A DNA stretch of 64,000 bases from the NCBI RefSeq assembly GCF_000027125.1, contig NC_017626.1; one strand, written 5' to 3'. This DNA is from Escherichia coli 042. Lineage in GTDB: Bacteria > Pseudomonadota > Gammaproteobacteria > Enterobacterales > Enterobacteriaceae. The notes under the pieces were generated by a model. The model was not told the origin of the DNA. It worked only from the letters and a program-made list of their open reading frames with translations, and did no database searches. Of this stretch, positions 48,990 through 62,441 are shown piece by piece. How positions within the stretch are numbered: position 1 is the stretch's first letter; the number at the start of each line of letters is the position of its first letter. The translations under genes were made by a program, and so were the position numbers.

Positions 48990-50551
48990 CAGAAAGTCTC
49001 CTGTGCATGATGCGCGGTGGCAATAGCGCGCAGTACAGCGCGGGCTTTATTACGGGTTTCGTCGGCTTCCGACTGCGGAACAGAATCAAGTACCACGCCA
49101 GCACCGGCTTGCACGGTGGCGATACCGTTTTCCACCAGCGCCGAGCGGATCACAATGCAGGTGTCGAGATCGCCATGCGCGGTGAAATAACCTACCGCGC
49201 CGCCGTAGCTGCCGCGGCGACGACCTTCCGCCTCGGCAATTAACTGCATGGCGCGCACTTTCGGCGCACCGCTTAACGTGCCCATATTCATACAGGCGCG
49301 GTAAGCGTGCAGGGCGTCGAGATCGTGGCGCAGCTCACCGACCACGCGGGAGACCAGGTGCATCACATAAGAATAACGGTCAACTTTGGTGAGATCGGCG
49401 ACGTAGCGACTACCGGGAGTGCAAATACGCGCCAGGTCATTACGGGCGAGATCCACCAGCATCAGATGTTCAGAAAGCTCTTTATGATCGGTACGCATTT
49501 CCAGTTCGATGCGGCTGTCGAGGTCTCTGTCCAGCGAACCATCGGCACGACGACCGCGTGGACGTGTTCCGGCAATCGGGTAGATCTCAATCTGGCGGCT
49601 GGTGGCGTCATACTTGAGCGAGCTCTCCGGCGACGCGCCAAACAGGGTGAAATCATTATCCTGCATAAAAAACATATACGGGCTGGGATTACTCTTTTTC
49701 AGCACGTAATAGGCCGCCAGCGGTGACGGGCAGGGCAGAGAGAAACGGCGAGATGGCACCACCTGGAAAATTTCTCCGGCGCGAATCGCTTTTTGCAACA
49801 AACGCACTACGCCACCGAACTCTTCATCGCTCTGGTTACATTCACAATGCATATGCGGCACGGAAACCACCGGCAGCGGTGGCGCGGTTTCGGTCAGCTG
49901 CTGGCGAAGATCGTTCAGGCGAGCAGTGAGACGTTGTTTTTCTTCTTCATTCGGAGCAAAAAGACTGGCCTGAATGCGGGTGCTTTTTTTCTGATGGTCA
50001 ATCACCATCAGCGTTTCAGCGAGATAAAAACAGAAATCAGGACAGTTATTTTCCGCTGCCAGTTGTGGTAAATCTTCAAATCCCGCCACAAGGTCATAAG
50101 AGAACAGGCCGCCGAAGAACATGGCTTCTCGTTCTTCCTTCGGTACATTCAACAGATTCTGCAATAAGCGGAAAGCGTCAAAAACCGAAAGGGAGCATAA
50201 GCGGGCGTCTTCATCCAGCAGTGGACTGACAGGGGGGAAGCGCAGCACACGGCAGTTTGGTGATTGTTCACTTTCCACACCCGCAGGCAGGGCGTTATCC
50301 AGTAGTGCCAGCAGGGCTTCGCCATTGCCGGAAAGTGCCTGAATTGTGACAGTGTCACCTAATGCTGTAATGCGCAGCGCACTGTCTATCAGCAGCAGAC
50401 TTTTTAAATCATCTTTGCTGTCGATATCTGCGGATTCCAGCAGCAGCGTTGCTGGACGATGCCCACACAACTGGTGAAAAAGCGCAGTCGGGTTGTCGCG
50501 ATAAGCGCCTTCGCAGGTTAGCAGTTCGAGAGTCGGTTTTTGTGTTTGCAT
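48989..50551 (-). CDS. trpE: Anthranilate synthase component I
   Basis: 520 aa [28 protein letters not shown]... Confidence 0.97.
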   Translation of the reverse strand: MQTQKPTLELLTCEGAYRDNPTALFHQLCGHRPATLLLESADIDSKDDLKSLLLIDSALRITALGDTVTIQALSGNGEALLALLDNALPAGVESEQSPNCRVLRFPPVSPLLDEDARLCSLSVFDAFRLLQNLLNVPKEEREAMFFGGLFSYDLVAGFEDLPQLAAENNCPDFCFYLAETLMVIDHQKKSTRIQASLFAPNEEEKQRLTARLNDLRQQLTETAPPLPVVSVPHMHCECNQSDEEFGGVVRLLQKAIRAGEIFQVVPSRRFSLPCPSPLAAYYVLKKSNPSPYMFFMQDNDFTLFGASPESSLKYDATSRQIEIYPIAGTRPRGRRADGSLDRDLDSRIELEMRTDHKELSEHLMLVDLARNDLARICTPGSRYVADLTKVDRYSYVMHLVSRVVGELRHDLDALHAYRACMNMGTLSGAPKVRAMQLIAEAEGRRRGSYGGAVGYFTAHGDLDTCIVIRSALVENGIATVQAGAGVVLDSVPQSEADETRNKARAVLRAIATAHHAQETF

Positions 50552-50562
50552 TGTTATTCTCT

Positions 50563-50589
50563 AATTTTGTTCAAAAAAAGCCCGCTCAT
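50563..50589 (-). terminator. trp attenuator terminator
   Basis: agcccgcctaatgagcgggc plus U-run on the minus strand, between trpL and trpE. Confidence 0.85.
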
Positions 50590-50641
50590 TAGGCGGGCTG
50601 GGTATCTGATTGCTTTACGCATGGTGAATACACTGCCCGTT

Positions 50642-50686
50642 TCAGGAAGTGCGCCACCAACCTTTCAGTACGAAAATTGCTTTCAT
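50642..50686 (-). CDS. trpL: trp operon leader peptide
   Basis: Reverse complement reads atgaaagcaattttcgtactgaaaggttggtggcgcacttcctga = [14 protein letters not shown] with tandem Trp codons. Confidence 0.95.
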
Positions 50687-50823
50687 TGTCGATACCCTTT
50701 TTACGTGAACTTGCGTACTAGTTAACTAGTTCGATGATTAATTGTCAACAGCTCATTTCAGAATATTTGCCAGAACCGTTATGATGTCGGCGCAAAAAAC
50801 ATTATCCAGAACGGGAGTGCGCC

Positions 50824-51705
50824 TTGAGCGACACGAATTACGCAGTGATTTACGACCTGCACAGCCATACCACAGCTTCCGATGGCTGCCTGACGCCAGA
50901 AGCATTGGTGCACCGTGCAGTCGAGATGCGCGTCGGCACCCTGGCGATCACCGACCATGACACCACAGCTGCAATCGCGCCAGCAAGAGAGGAAATTTCA
51001 CGTTCGGGACTGGCGCTGAATCTTATACCCGGCGTGGAAATTTCCACGGTCTGGGAAAATCATGAAATTCATATTGTCGGGCTGAATATTGATATTACTC
51101 ATCCGCTAATGTGTGAGTTCCTCGCGCAGCAGACAGAACGGCGCAATCAGCGGGCGCAGCTGATTGCCGAAAGACTTGAAAAAGCGCAGATACCAGGTGC
51201 GCTGGAAGGCGCGCAACGACTGGCGCAGGGCGGTGCGGTGACGCGCGGTCATTTTGCTCGTTTCCTTGTGGAGTGCGGCAAAGCCAGTTCAATGGCGGAT
51301 GTCTTTAAAAAATATCTGGCGCGCGGGAAAACCGGATACGTTCCGCCACAGTGGTGTACAATAGAACAAGCTATTGATGTCATTCATCATTCTGGCGGTA
51401 AGGCGGTGCTAGCTCATCCTGGGCGGTACAATCTTAGTGCTAAATGGCTGAAAAGATTGGTTGCGCATTTTGCTGAACACCACGGCGACGCGATGGAAGT
51501 CGCGCAGTGCCAGCAATCGCCCAATGAACGCACCCAGCTGGCGACACTTGCGCGTCAGCATCATTTATGGGCATCACAAGGATCTGATTTTCATCAGCCG
51601 TGCCCGTGGATTGAACTGGGTCGTAAACTCTGGCTGCCTGCAGGCGTTGAAGGCGTCTGGCAGCTATGGGAACAGCCGCAGAACACCACAGAGAGGGAAT
51701 TATGA
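50824..51705 (+). CDS. trpH: PHP-domain phosphoesterase TrpH/YciV
   Basis: 293 aa; YDLHSHTTASDG PHP motif; non-ATG start. Confidence 0.9.
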   Translation: MSDTNYAVIYDLHSHTTASDGCLTPEALVHRAVEMRVGTLAITDHDTTAAIAPAREEISRSGLALNLIPGVEISTVWENHEIHIVGLNIDITHPLMCEFLAQQTERRNQRAQLIAERLEKAQIPGALEGAQRLAQGGAVTRGHFARFLVECGKASSMADVFKKYLARGKTGYVPPQWCTIEQAIDVIHHSGGKAVLAHPGRYNLSAKWLKRLVAHFAEHHGDAMEVAQCQQSPNERTQLATLARQHHLWASQGSDFHQPCPWIELGRKLWLPAGVEGVWQLWEQPQNTTEREL

Positions 51706-52322
51706 GCCAGTTTTTTTATATTCATCCTGATAACCCGCAGCAACGACTGATCAACCAGGCGGTGGAGATCGTGCGTAAAGGCGGGGTGATTGTTTATCCA
51801 ACTGATTCCGGCTATGCGCTCGGCTGTAAAATTGAAGATAAAAACGCCATGGAGCGTATTTGTCGAATTCGCCAGCTGCCGGACGGTCACAACTTTACCC
51901 TGATGTGTCGCGATCTTTCTGAGCTCTCGACCTATTCATTCGTGGATAACGTTGCGTTTCGTTTGATGAAAAACAACACGCCGGGCAACTATACCTTCAT
52001 CCTGAAGGGGACGAAGGAAGTGCCACGCCGTCTGTTGCAGGAAAAACGCAAAACAATCGGTATGCGTGTGCCTTCTAACCCGATTGCGCAGGCGTTGCTT
52101 GAAGCATTGGGCGAACCGATGCTTTCCACTTCGCTAATGCTGCCAGGCAGCGAATTTACCGAATCCGACCCGGAAGAAATTAAAGACCGTCTGGAAAAAC
52201 AGGTGGATTTGATTATTCACGGCGGCTATCTCGGGCAGAAACCAACAACGGTTATCGATCTTACTGATGATACGCCGGTCGTATTGCGTGAAGGCGTAGG
52301 TGATGTGAAGCCTTTCTTATAA
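51702..52322 (+). CDS. yciO: YciO (Sua5/YrdC-family RNA-binding protein)
   Basis: Start at MSQFFYIHPDNPQQ... inside ORF 51666..52322. Confidence 0.9.
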   Translation: MSQFFYIHPDNPQQRLINQAVEIVRKGGVIVYPTDSGYALGCKIEDKNAMERICRIRQLPDGHNFTLMCRDLSELSTYSFVDNVAFRLMKNNTPGNYTFILKGTKEVPRRLLQEKRKTIGMRVPSNPIAQALLEALGEPMLSTSLMLPGSEFTESDPEEIKDRLEKQVDLIIHGGYLGQKPTTVIDLTDDTPVVLREGVGDVKPFL

Positions 52323-52349
52323 CAAATTGCGTGCCACGGATGGAAGACT

Positions 52350-54251
52350 ATGGCAGGGAAGTTTCGCTGCATTTTGCTGTTGATAGCAGGGCTGTTTGTA
52401 TCATCTCTAAGTTATGCAGAAAACACGGAGATCCCTTCTTATGAAGAAGGGATCTCGCTCTTTGATGTTGAAGCCACTCTGCAACCGGACGGGGTGCTCG
52501 ACATCAAAGAGAACATTCATTTTCAGGCGCGAAATCAGCAGATTAAGCACGGATTTTATCGTGATTTACCACGACTATGGATGCAGCCTAATGGTGACGC
52601 TGCACTGCTGAACTATCATATTGTTGGCGTCACCCGTGATGGTGTTCCTGAACCCTGGCATCTTGACTGGCATATCGGTTTAATGAGTATTGTCGTGGGC
52701 GATAAACAACGTTTCTTGCCTCAAGGTGACTATCATTATCAAATTCATTATCAGGTTAAAAATGCTTTCCTGCGTGAGGGAGATTCTGATCTGTTAATCT
52801 GGAACGTGACCGGTAACAAGTGGCCGTTTGAAATCTATAAGACCCGATTTTCTCTCCAGTTCTCTAATATTGCGGGTAATCCATTTAGCGAAATCGATCT
52901 CTTTACCGGAGAAGAGGGCGACACATATCGAAATGGCCGCATCCTTGAGGACGGAAGAATTGAATCCCGCGATCCGTTTTATCGTGAAGACTTCACGGTC
53001 CTCTACCGCTGGCCTCACGCTTTACTTAGCAATGCCCCGGCTCTACAAACGACGAATATTTTCAGCCATCTTCTTTTACCCTCCACGTCATCGTTGTTAA
53101 TTTGGTTTCCGTGTCTGTTCCTGGTTTGTGGATGGTTATATCTCTGGAAGCGCAGGCCGCAATTTACGCCGGTAGATGTGATTGAAACCGATGTCATTCC
53201 GCCAGATTACACACCCGGCATGTTACGTCTCGATGCGAAGCTGGTTTACGACGATAAAGGTTTTTGTGCCGATATCGTAAATCTGATTGTGAAAGGCAAA
53301 ATTCATCTGGAAGATCAGTATGACAAGAACCAGCAAATCCTGATTCGTGTTAATGAAGGCGCGACCAGAAATAATGCGGTATTACTGCCCGCAGAGCAGT
53401 TATTACTGGAAGCGTTATTTCGTAAAGGCGATAAGGTCGTTCTTACGGGGAGACGCAACAGAGTCTTACGCAGGGCATTTTTACGGATGCAGAAATTTTA
53501 TCTGCCGCGTAAAAAGTCTTCGTTTTACCGATCTGATGCGTTTTTGCAATGGGGCGGAATGGCAATATTGGCGGTCATTCTCTACGGTAACCTGAGTCCC
53601 GTAGGCTGGGCAGGAATGAGTCTGGTAGGCGATATGTGTATTATGATCTGCTGGCTTCTTCCTTTTTTATTTTGTTCCCTTGAGCTTTTATTTGCCCGCG
53701 ATGATGACAAGCCTTGCGTTAATCGTGTAATCATCACTTTGTTTTTACCACTGATTTGTTCAGGCATGGCTATTTACTCTCTCTACATCAATGTCGGAGA
53801 TGTATTCTTTTACTGGTATATGCCAGCGGGTTATTTTAGCGCTGTTGTCCTGACCGGTTATCTCACTGGCATGGGGTATATTTTTCTGCCAAAGTTTACC
53901 CAAACTGGGCAGCAACGTTATGCCCACGGTGAAGCTATCGTTAACTATCTTGCGCGTAAAGAGGCAGCAACACACAGTGGGCGGCGGCGGAAAGGGGAAA
54001 CACGGAAACTGGATTACGCGTTGTTAGGTTGGGCGGTCTCGGCAAACCTTGGCAGAGAATGGGCAGCACGTATCACCCCATCACTCACAGCGGCTGTTCG
54101 CGCCCCGGAAATTGCCCGTAGTGGCGTTTTATTCTCATTACAGACGCACCTGAGTTGCGGGGCCTATACCAGTTTGTTGGGGCGGAGCTATTCCGGTGGT
54201 GGTTCTGGCGCTGGTGGCGGTGCGGGTGGCGGAGGCGGTGGTGGCTGGTAA
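52350..54251 (+). CDS. yciQ: YciQ membrane protein (DUF2207) with poly-Gly C-terminus
   Basis: 633 aa; signal peptide, several TM helices, ends GGGAGGGGGGGW. Confidence 0.9.
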   Translation: MAGKFRCILLLIAGLFVSSLSYAENTEIPSYEEGISLFDVEATLQPDGVLDIKENIHFQARNQQIKHGFYRDLPRLWMQPNGDAALLNYHIVGVTRDGVPEPWHLDWHIGLMSIVVGDKQRFLPQGDYHYQIHYQVKNAFLREGDSDLLIWNVTGNKWPFEIYKTRFSLQFSNIAGNPFSEIDLFTGEEGDTYRNGRILEDGRIESRDPFYREDFTVLYRWPHALLSNAPALQTTNIFSHLLLPSTSSLLIWFPCLFLVCGWLYLWKRRPQFTPVDVIETDVIPPDYTPGMLRLDAKLVYDDKGFCADIVNLIVKGKIHLEDQYDKNQQILIRVNEGATRNNAVLLPAEQLLLEALFRKGDKVVLTGRRNRVLRRAFLRMQKFYLPRKKSSFYRSDAFLQWGGMAILAVILYGNLSPVGWAGMSLVGDMCIMICWLLPFLFCSLELLFARDDDKPCVNRVIITLFLPLICSGMAIYSLYINVGDVFFYWYMPAGYFSAVVLTGYLTGMGYIFLPKFTQTGQQRYAHGEAIVNYLARKEAATHSGRRRKGETRKLDYALLGWAVSANLGREWAARITPSLTAAVRAPEIARSGVLFSLQTHLSCGAYTSLLGRSYSGGGSGAGGGAGGGGGGGW

Positions 54252-54463
54252 TCAAGCTGATGTTAATCGAAACAAGCTTTAACCATAAAGATAGTGTAGT
54301 ATGTTGCGCCTCAAAGCCAGGCCAGTTAAAACGTCGAGTCGTTTACTTAAGGCCTGAAGAGTTCAAACAGACTTTACTATCAGTGAGTCAGATGTAAGTT
54401 CTGACTCACTGTTGCACAAAAGCATATCAGACGCCTGGGAAGGCGACACCAAAAGGAAGCTCT

Positions 54464-55339
54464 ATGAGCGAAAAGCTACAGAAAGTGCTGGCGCGTGCCG
54501 GCCACGGTTCTCGCCGTGAAATCGAATCTATTATTGAAGCCGGTCGTGTGAGTGTTGATGGCAAAATTGCTAAACTCGGCGATCGTGTTGAAATTACCCC
54601 TGGATTGAAAATCCGTATCGATGGTCACCTGATTTCGGTACGTGAGTCCGCTGAACAAATTTGTCGCGTTCTGGCCTATTACAAACCGGAAGGTGAGTTG
54701 TGTACCCGTAACGATCCGGAAGGGCGTCCAACGGTATTTGACCGTCTGCCAAAGCTGCGTGGCGCACGCTGGATTGCCGTAGGTCGCCTGGACGTTAACA
54801 CCTGTGGTCTGCTGCTGTTCACCACCGACGGTGAACTGGCAAACCGTTTAATGCATCCAAGCCGTGAAGTTGAACGTGAATATGCCGTGCGTGTATTTGG
54901 TCAGGTTGACGACGCGAAACTGCGTGATTTGAGTCGTGGCGTGCAGCTGGAAGATGGTCCGGCAGCTTTTAAAACCATCAAGTTCAGCGGCGGCGAAGGG
55001 ATCAACCAGTGGTACAACGTTACTCTGACCGAAGGCCGTAACCGTGAAGTTCGTCGTCTTTGGGAAGCGGTTGGTGTGCAGGTAAGCCGCTTGATCCGTG
55101 TTCGTTACGGTGATATCCCACTGCCAAAAGGTCTGCCACGCGGTGGCTGGACGGAGCTGGACCTCGCCCAGACTAACTATCTGCGCGAACTGGTGGAGCT
55201 ACCGCCAGAAACCAGCTCTAAAGTCGCTGTAGAAAAAGACCGTCGTCGTATGAAGGCGAATCAGATTCGTCGTGCGGTTAAGCGTCACAGTCAGGTGAGC
55301 GGCGGTCGTCGCTCTGGTGGACGTAATAATAACGGTTAA
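54464..55339 (+). CDS. rluB: 23S rRNA pseudouridine synthase B
   Basis: 291 aa; S4 domain then [11 protein letters not shown] catalytic motif and basic tail. Confidence 0.95.
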   Translation: MSEKLQKVLARAGHGSRREIESIIEAGRVSVDGKIAKLGDRVEITPGLKIRIDGHLISVRESAEQICRVLAYYKPEGELCTRNDPEGRPTVFDRLPKLRGARWIAVGRLDVNTCGLLLFTTDGELANRLMHPSREVEREYAVRVFGQVDDAKLRDLSRGVQLEDGPAAFKTIKFSGGEGINQWYNVTLTEGRNREVRRLWEAVGVQVSRLIRVRYGDIPLPKGLPRGGWTELDLAQTNYLRELVELPPETSSKVAVEKDRRRMKANQIRRAVKRHSQVSGGRRSGGRNNNG

Positions 55340-55378
55340 TCAAAGTATGCCGGACGTCATATCCGGCATTTTTACAGA

Positions 55379-55969
55379 TTAGTAATCAATCCCTATCTGC
55401 GCTTTTACACCGGCATCAAACGCATGTTTGACGGGGCGTAATTCACTTACCGTATCCGCCAGTTCAAGAATATCCCGATGACAGCCCCGACCCGTAATAA
55501 TGACAGTTTGCTGATGTGGACGTTCATTTAACGCCTGCACCACTTCTTCCAGTGGCAAATAGTCATACGCCACCATATACGTCAGCTCATCGAGCAAAAC
55601 CATATCCAGTGAAGGATCGGCAAGCATCCGCTTTGCATGTTGCCAGACTTCGCGGCAGGCGGCGGTATCAGACTCGCGGTTTTGTGTATCCCAGGTAAAG
55701 CCCGTTGCCATTACCTGAAATTCAACGCCGTGTGGCTCCAGCAGATTGCGTTCGCCATTAGGCCAGGTGCCTTTAATAAACTGCACGACGCCCACTTTTT
55801 TTCCGTGACCAACTGCGCGTGTTGCCGTACCAAATGCCGCGGTGGTTTTGCCTTTTCCATTGCCGGTAAAGACGATGATAATACCGCGTTCATCCTGGGA
55901 CTGGGCCACACGGGCATCTACTTTTTCTTTCACTCGCTGCTGACGCTGTTGGTAGCGTTCATCACTCAT
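55379..55969 (-). CDS. btuR: Cob(I)alamin adenosyltransferase
   Basis: 196 aa; P-loop GNGKGKTTAA. Confidence 0.95.
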   Translation of the reverse strand: MSDERYQQRQQRVKEKVDARVAQSQDERGIIIVFTGNGKGKTTAAFGTATRAVGHGKKVGVVQFIKGTWPNGERNLLEPHGVEFQVMATGFTWDTQNRESDTAACREVWQHAKRMLADPSLDMVLLDELTYMVAYDYLPLEEVVQALNERPHQQTVIITGRGCHRDILELADTVSELRPVKHAFDAGVKAQIGIDY

Positions 55970-56724
55970 TGGGAAATTCCTGGTTTACGGCCCGGTTGGG
56001 CGTCAAAGGTCATGCCGGTTTTACGGCGGCTGTCATCACCCATCAGCCAGAGGTAGAGCGGCATGATATCAGCGGGTGTTTTAAGTTTCTGTGGATCTTC
56101 GGTCGGGAAGGCGCTGGCACGCATTGCGGTGCGCGTACCGCCTGGGTTAATACAGTTGACGCGCAGGCGCTGCTGATATTCATCGGCCAGTACCTGCATC
56201 ATCCCTTCGGTGGCAAATTTCGACGCTGCATATGCGCCCCAGTTTGCACGCCCCTGACGTCCAACGCTTGATGAAGTAAAGACCAGTGAACCCGCGTCCG
56301 ATTTGAGTAATAAAGGAAGCAGTGCCTGGGTGAGCATAAAGGTGGCATTAACGTTGACCTGCATAACGTCCTGCCAGACCTGCGGATTTTGTTCGCTCAT
56401 TGGGCAAACATCGCCGAGCAATCCGGCATTATGCAAAACACCATCCAGACGCGGATAATTAACGGCAATGCGCTGTGCCAGTTGTTGGCAATCTTCGGAC
56501 GTGCAGGTCAGCAAATCGAGAATAAACCACTGTGGCTGACGCCCTGTTTCTTCGTTGATGTGGCTGGCTACCTGACGTAATTTTTCTTCATTACGGCCCA
56601 ACAGAATCACTGTCGCACCATAGCGTGCATACGTTATCGCGGCTTCACGACCAATACCATCGCTGGCTCCTGTTACCAGGATAATGCGATCATTGAGTAA
56701 ATCTTGTTTTGGCTGGTAATGCAT
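55966..56724 (-). CDS. yciK: Short-chain dehydrogenase/reductase YciK
   Basis: 252 aa; TGASDGIG cofactor motif and YAASK active-site motif. Confidence 0.95.
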   Translation of the reverse strand: MHYQPKQDLLNDRIILVTGASDGIGREAAITYARYGATVILLGRNEEKLRQVASHINEETGRQPQWFILDLLTCTSEDCQQLAQRIAVNYPRLDGVLHNAGLLGDVCPMSEQNPQVWQDVMQVNVNATFMLTQALLPLLLKSDAGSLVFTSSSVGRQGRANWGAYAASKFATEGMMQVLADEYQQRLRVNCINPGGTRTAMRASAFPTEDPQKLKTPADIMPLYLWLMGDDSRRKTGMTFDAQPGRKPGISQ

Positions 56725-56943
56725 GGCTACTCCTCAACGACGTTGTCTGTCGCGCTGCCAGTGTACTTTAAGACTTTGGGGCTTTATGCCTGAAACAGAA
56801 GGGCATTTCAATCAGCCTGGGGCGATAACACCGCAAAATGGATACTTTGTCATACTTTCGCTGCAATAACATCTCTGCGAGACGGCTTAACATGCCTGTT
56901 GTAAACTGTGAGCCAAAGCGTTGTTTAACCAAGGTGGGGACTC

Positions 56944-57993
56944 GTGGAATTGTTGTCTGAATATGGTTTGTTTTTGGCGAAAATCGTTACCGTTGTGCTA
57001 GCGATTGCGGCGATTGCCGCCATTATTGTCAATGTTGCTCAACGTAATAAACGCCAGCGTGGCGAGTTACGGGTCAACAATCTCAGCGAACAGTATAAGG
57101 AGATGAAAGAAGAACTGGCCGCGGCGCTGATGGACACTCATCAGCAAAAACAGTGGCATAAAGCGCAGAAGAAAAAGCACAAGCAAGAAGCGAAAGCAGC
57201 GAAAGCGAAAGCCAAACTGGGCGAGGTGGCAACTGACAGTAAACCTCGCGTCTGGGTGCTGGATTTTAAAGGCAGCATGGACGCCCATGAAGTGAACTCG
57301 CTACGTGAAGAGATAACGGCGATACTCGCAGCATTTAAACCGCAGGATCAGGTTGTGCTACGTCTGGAAAGCCCTGGTGGCATGGTGCATGGTTACGGGC
57401 TGGCGGCTTCGCAGCTGCAGCGTCTGCGTGATAAAAACATTCCTTTAACTGTTACGGTAGACAAAGTTGCTGCCAGTGGCGGTTACATGATGGCCTGTGT
57501 GGCAGACAAAATTGTTTCCGCACCGTTTGCTATTGTGGGTTCCATTGGCGTGGTGGCACAAATGCCCAACTTTAACCGCTTCCTGAAAAGCAAAGATATT
57601 GATATCGAACTGCACACCGCCGGGCAGTATAAGCGCACGCTGACCTTGCTGGGTGAAAACACCGAAGAAGGGCGGGAGAAATTCCGCGAAGAGCTGAACG
57701 AAACGCATCAGTTATTTAAAGATTTTGTGAAGCGTATGCGTCCGTCTCTGGATATTGAACAGGTGGCAACGGGTGAACACTGGTACGGACAACAGGCGGT
57801 AGAGAAAGGCCTGGTTGATGAAATCAACACCAGTGATGAAGTTATTCTTAGCCTGATGGAAGGCCGTGAAGTGGTCAATGTACGCTATATGCAGCGTAAA
57901 CGACTCATTGACCGATTCACCGGCAGCGCGGCAGAGAGCGCCGATCGATTGTTGCTACGCTGGTGGCAGCGGGGGCAAAAGCCATTGATGTAA
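56944..57993 (+). CDS. sohB: S49-family inner-membrane peptidase SohB
   Basis: 349 aa; N-terminal TM helix; S49 fold. Confidence 0.95.
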   Translation: MELLSEYGLFLAKIVTVVLAIAAIAAIIVNVAQRNKRQRGELRVNNLSEQYKEMKEELAAALMDTHQQKQWHKAQKKKHKQEAKAAKAKAKLGEVATDSKPRVWVLDFKGSMDAHEVNSLREEITAILAAFKPQDQVVLRLESPGGMVHGYGLAASQLQRLRDKNIPLTVTVDKVAASGGYMMACVADKIVSAPFAIVGSIGVVAQMPNFNRFLKSKDIDIELHTAGQYKRTLTLLGENTEEGREKFREELNETHQLFKDFVKRMRPSLDIEQVATGEHWYGQQAVEKGLVDEINTSDEVILSLMEGREVVNVRYMQRKRLIDRFTGSAAESADRLLLRWWQRGQKPLM

Positions 57994-58028
57994 AAGACAA
58001 ACGCGAGGGTAAGACCTCGCGTTTTGCT

Positions 58029-58280
58029 TTAATCAACCAGGTGATATTTTTCTGAAAGCACATGGGCCAGGTGTTTGAACATATTAAACACCGCAGTGCT
58101 TTTGGCTGTTGGCAATCCTTGTTCATCTAAAAAGTAGTCGCCGGTAAATACCAGCACGCCATTACGCTGCGTGACGCCGGTGGCTTCAATCCCTGCGAGC
58201 GTATCCTCATGCTCACGAATGATTTTATTGGCCTCTTTCAACAGCGTTTCGCGGTCGATGGGTTGTGTCTCTTTGTTCAT
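58029..58280 (-). CDS. yciN: YciN (DUF2498)
   Basis: 83 aa between sohB and topA. Confidence 0.9.
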
Positions 58281-58659
58281 TATTTACTCCTTAAACAAGG
58301 ACATTAGTCTACGCCAGGCATGGCTTGCAGACAAATATACCACGCTGGTGGCAAGAGCGCCTTACTGGCAACTTTGGATTTTGCATGCTAATAAAGTTGC
58401 GTATCGGATTTTATCAGGTACAGTGTGACGCTTTCGTCAATCTGGCAATAGATTTGCTTGACATTCGACCAAAATTCCGTCGTGCTATAGCGCCTGTAGG
58501 CCAAGACCTGTTAACTCAGTCACCTGAATTTTCGTGAACAGAGTCACGACAAGGGGTTGATATCCGCAGAGAACGAGTCCATATCGGTAACTCGTTGCCA
58601 GTGGAAGGTTTATCAACGTGCGACGCATTCCTGGAAGAATCAAATTAGGTAAGGTGAAT

Positions 58660-61257
58660 ATGGGTAAAGCTCTTGTCATCGTTGAGTCCCCGGCAAAAGC
58701 CAAAACGATCAACAAGTATCTGGGTAGTGACTACGTGGTGAAATCCAGCGTCGGTCACATCCGCGATTTGCCGACCAGTGGCTCAGCTGCCAAAAAGAGT
58801 GCCGACTCTACCTCCACCAAGACGGCTAAAAAGCCTAAAAAGGATGAACGTGGCGCTCTCGTCAACCGTATGGGGGTTGACCCGTGGCACAATTGGGAGG
58901 CGCACTATGAAGTGTTGCCTGGTAAAGAGAAGGTCGTCTCTGAACTGAAACAACTGGCTGAAAAAGCAGACCACATCTATCTCGCAACCGACCTTGACCG
59001 CGAAGGGGAAGCCATTGCATGGCACCTGCGGGAAGTGATTGGTGGTGATGATGCGCGCTATAGCCGAGTGGTGTTTAACGAAATTACTAAAAACGCGATC
59101 CGCCAGGCATTTAACAAACCAGGTGAGCTGAATATTGATCGTGTTAATGCCCAGCAGGCGCGTCGTTTTATGGACCGCGTGGTGGGATATATGGTCTCTC
59201 CACTGCTGTGGAAAAAGATCGCCCGCGGTCTCTCTGCGGGAAGGGTACAGTCCGTTGCTGTTCGTCTGGTGGTGGAGCGTGAGCGTGAAATTAAAGCCTT
59301 CGTCCCGGAAGAATTCTGGGAAGTAGACGCTAATACCACGACGCCTTCTGGCGATGCACTGGCGTTGCAGGTGACTCATCAAAACGACAAACCTTTCCGC
59401 CCGGTTAATAAAGAACAGACTCAGGCGGCACTGAGTTTGCTGGAAAAAGCGCGTTACAGCGTTCTGGAACGCGAAGATAAACCTACCAGCAGCAAGCCTG
59501 GTGCGCCGTTTATCACTTCTACTTTGCAACAGGCAGCCAGCACACGTCTTGGTTTTGGCGTTAAAAAAACCATGATGATGGCGCAGCGTTTGTATGAAGC
59601 AGGCTATATCACTTACATGCGTACCGACTCCACCAACCTGAGTCAGGACGCGGTAAATATGGTTCGCGGTTATATCAGCGATAATTTTGGTAAGAAATAT
59701 CTGCCGGAAAGTCCGAATCAGTACGCCAGCAAAGAAAACTCACAGGAAGCGCACGAAGCGATTCGTCCTTCTGACGTCAATGTAATGGCGGAATCGCTGA
59801 AGGATATGGAAGCAGATGCGCAGAAACTGTACCAGTTAATCTGGCGTCAGTTCGTTGCCTGCCAGATGACCTCAGCGAAATATGACTCCACGACGCTGAC
59901 CGTTGGTGCGGGCGATTTCCGCCTGAAAGCACGCGGTCGTATTTTGCGCTTTGATGGCTGGACGAAAGTGATGCCTGCACTGCGTAAAGGCGATGAAGAT
60001 CGTATCTTACCGGCAGTCGATAAAGGCGATGCTTTGACACTCGTTGAACTGACACCAGCCCAGCACTTTACCAAGCCGCCAGCCCGTTTCAGTGAAGCAT
60101 CGCTGGTTAAAGAGCTGGAAAAACGCGGTATCGGTCGTCCGTCTACCTATGCGTCGATCATTTCGACCATTCAGGATCGTGGCTATGTGCGTGTAGAAAA
60201 CCGTCGTTTCTATGCGGAAAAAATGGGCGAAATCGTCACCGATCGCCTTGAAGAAAATTTCCGTGAGTTAATGAACTACGACTTCACCGCACAGATGGAA
60301 AACAGCCTCGACCAGGTGGCAAATCACGAAGCAGAGTGGAAAGCTGTACTGGATCACTTCTTCTCGGATTTCACCCAGCAGTTAGATAAAGCTGAAAAAG
60401 ATCCGGAAGAGGGTGGTATGCGCCCGAACCAGATGGTTCTGACCAGCATCGACTGCCCGACCTGTGGTCGCAAAATGGGTATTCGCACAGCGAGCACCGG
60501 GGTATTCCTTGGCTGTTCCGGCTACGCTCTGCCACCGAAAGAGCGTTGCAAAACCACCATCAACCTGGTGCCGGAAAACGAAGTGCTGAACGTGCTGGAA
60601 GGTGAAGACGCTGAAACCAACGCGCTGCGCGCAAAACGTCGTTGCCCGAAATGCGGCACGGCGATGGACAGCTATCTCATCGATCCGAAACGTAAGTTGC
60701 ATGTCTGTGGTAATAACCCAACCTGCGACGGTTACGAGATCGAAGAGGGCGAATTCCGCATTAAAGGTTATGACGGCCCGATCGTTGAGTGTGAAAAATG
60801 TGGATCTGAAATGCACCTGAAAATGGGGCGTTTCGGTAAATACATGGCCTGCACTAACGAAGAGTGTAAAAACACGCGTAAGATTTTACGTAACGGCGAA
60901 GTGGCACCACCGAAAGAAGATCCGGTGCCATTACCGGAGCTGCCGTGCGAAAAATCAGATGCTTATTTCGTGCTGCGTGACGGTGCTGCCGGTGTGTTCC
61001 TGGCGGCCAATACCTTCCCGAAATCGCGTGAAACACGTGCGCCACTGGTGGAAGAGCTTTATCGCTTCCGCGACCGTCTGCCGGAAAAACTGCGTTATCT
61101 GGCCGATGCGCCACAGCAGGATCCGGAAGGTAATAAGACCATGGTTCGCTTTAGCCGTAAAACCAAACAGCAATATGTCTCTTCGGAAAAAGACGGAAAG
61201 GCGACTGGCTGGTCAGCATTTTATGTTGATGGCAAATGGGTTGAAGGGAAAAAATAA
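58660..61257 (+). CDS. topA: DNA topoisomerase I
   Basis: Start [21 protein letters not shown] inside ORF 58618..61257; TOPRIM N-terminus, C-terminal zinc ribbons. Confidence 0.97.
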   Translation: MGKALVIVESPAKAKTINKYLGSDYVVKSSVGHIRDLPTSGSAAKKSADSTSTKTAKKPKKDERGALVNRMGVDPWHNWEAHYEVLPGKEKVVSELKQLAEKADHIYLATDLDREGEAIAWHLREVIGGDDARYSRVVFNEITKNAIRQAFNKPGELNIDRVNAQQARRFMDRVVGYMVSPLLWKKIARGLSAGRVQSVAVRLVVEREREIKAFVPEEFWEVDANTTTPSGDALALQVTHQNDKPFRPVNKEQTQAALSLLEKARYSVLEREDKPTSSKPGAPFITSTLQQAASTRLGFGVKKTMMMAQRLYEAGYITYMRTDSTNLSQDAVNMVRGYISDNFGKKYLPESPNQYASKENSQEAHEAIRPSDVNVMAESLKDMEADAQKLYQLIWRQFVACQMTSAKYDSTTLTVGAGDFRLKARGRILRFDGWTKVMPALRKGDEDRILPAVDKGDALTLVELTPAQHFTKPPARFSEASLVKELEKRGIGRPSTYASIISTIQDRGYVRVENRRFYAEKMGEIVTDRLEENFRELMNYDFTAQMENSLDQVANHEAEWKAVLDHFFSDFTQQLDKAEKDPEEGGMRPNQMVLTSIDCPTCGRKMGIRTASTGVFLGCSGYALPPKERCKTTINLVPENEVLNVLEGEDAETNALRAKRRCPKCGTAMDSYLIDPKRKLHVCGNNPTCDGYEIEEGEFRIKGYDGPIVECEKCGSEMHLKMGRFGKYMACTNEECKNTRKILRNGEVAPPKEDPVPLPELPCEKSDAYFVLRDGAAGVFLAANTFPKSRETRAPLVEELYRFRDRLPEKLRYLADAPQQDPEGNKTMVRFSRKTKQQYVSSEKDGKATGWSAFYVDGKWVEGKK

Positions 61258-61442
61258 CCTTTAATTCTGTCAGGTTTTTATAAACAAAGGGTCGCGAAAG
61301 CGGCCCTTTTTTATTGCATATTATTTTTTCTTCACACCTATACACTAAGGCTATAAATGATATAGTGGTTATAGTTAGCACCTTTTTTATTATTAAATCG
61401 TATTAGTCACCCGCCAGGTGTGACGAAAAAACGATGTTCTGA

Positions 61443-62441
<999 letters not shown>

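Noticed and set aside
54190-54251. Poly-Gly tract at the end of yciQ as a possible repeat-mediated anomaly
   Set aside because: A Gly-rich tail is a native feature of this host protein as I recall it; the frame is intact.
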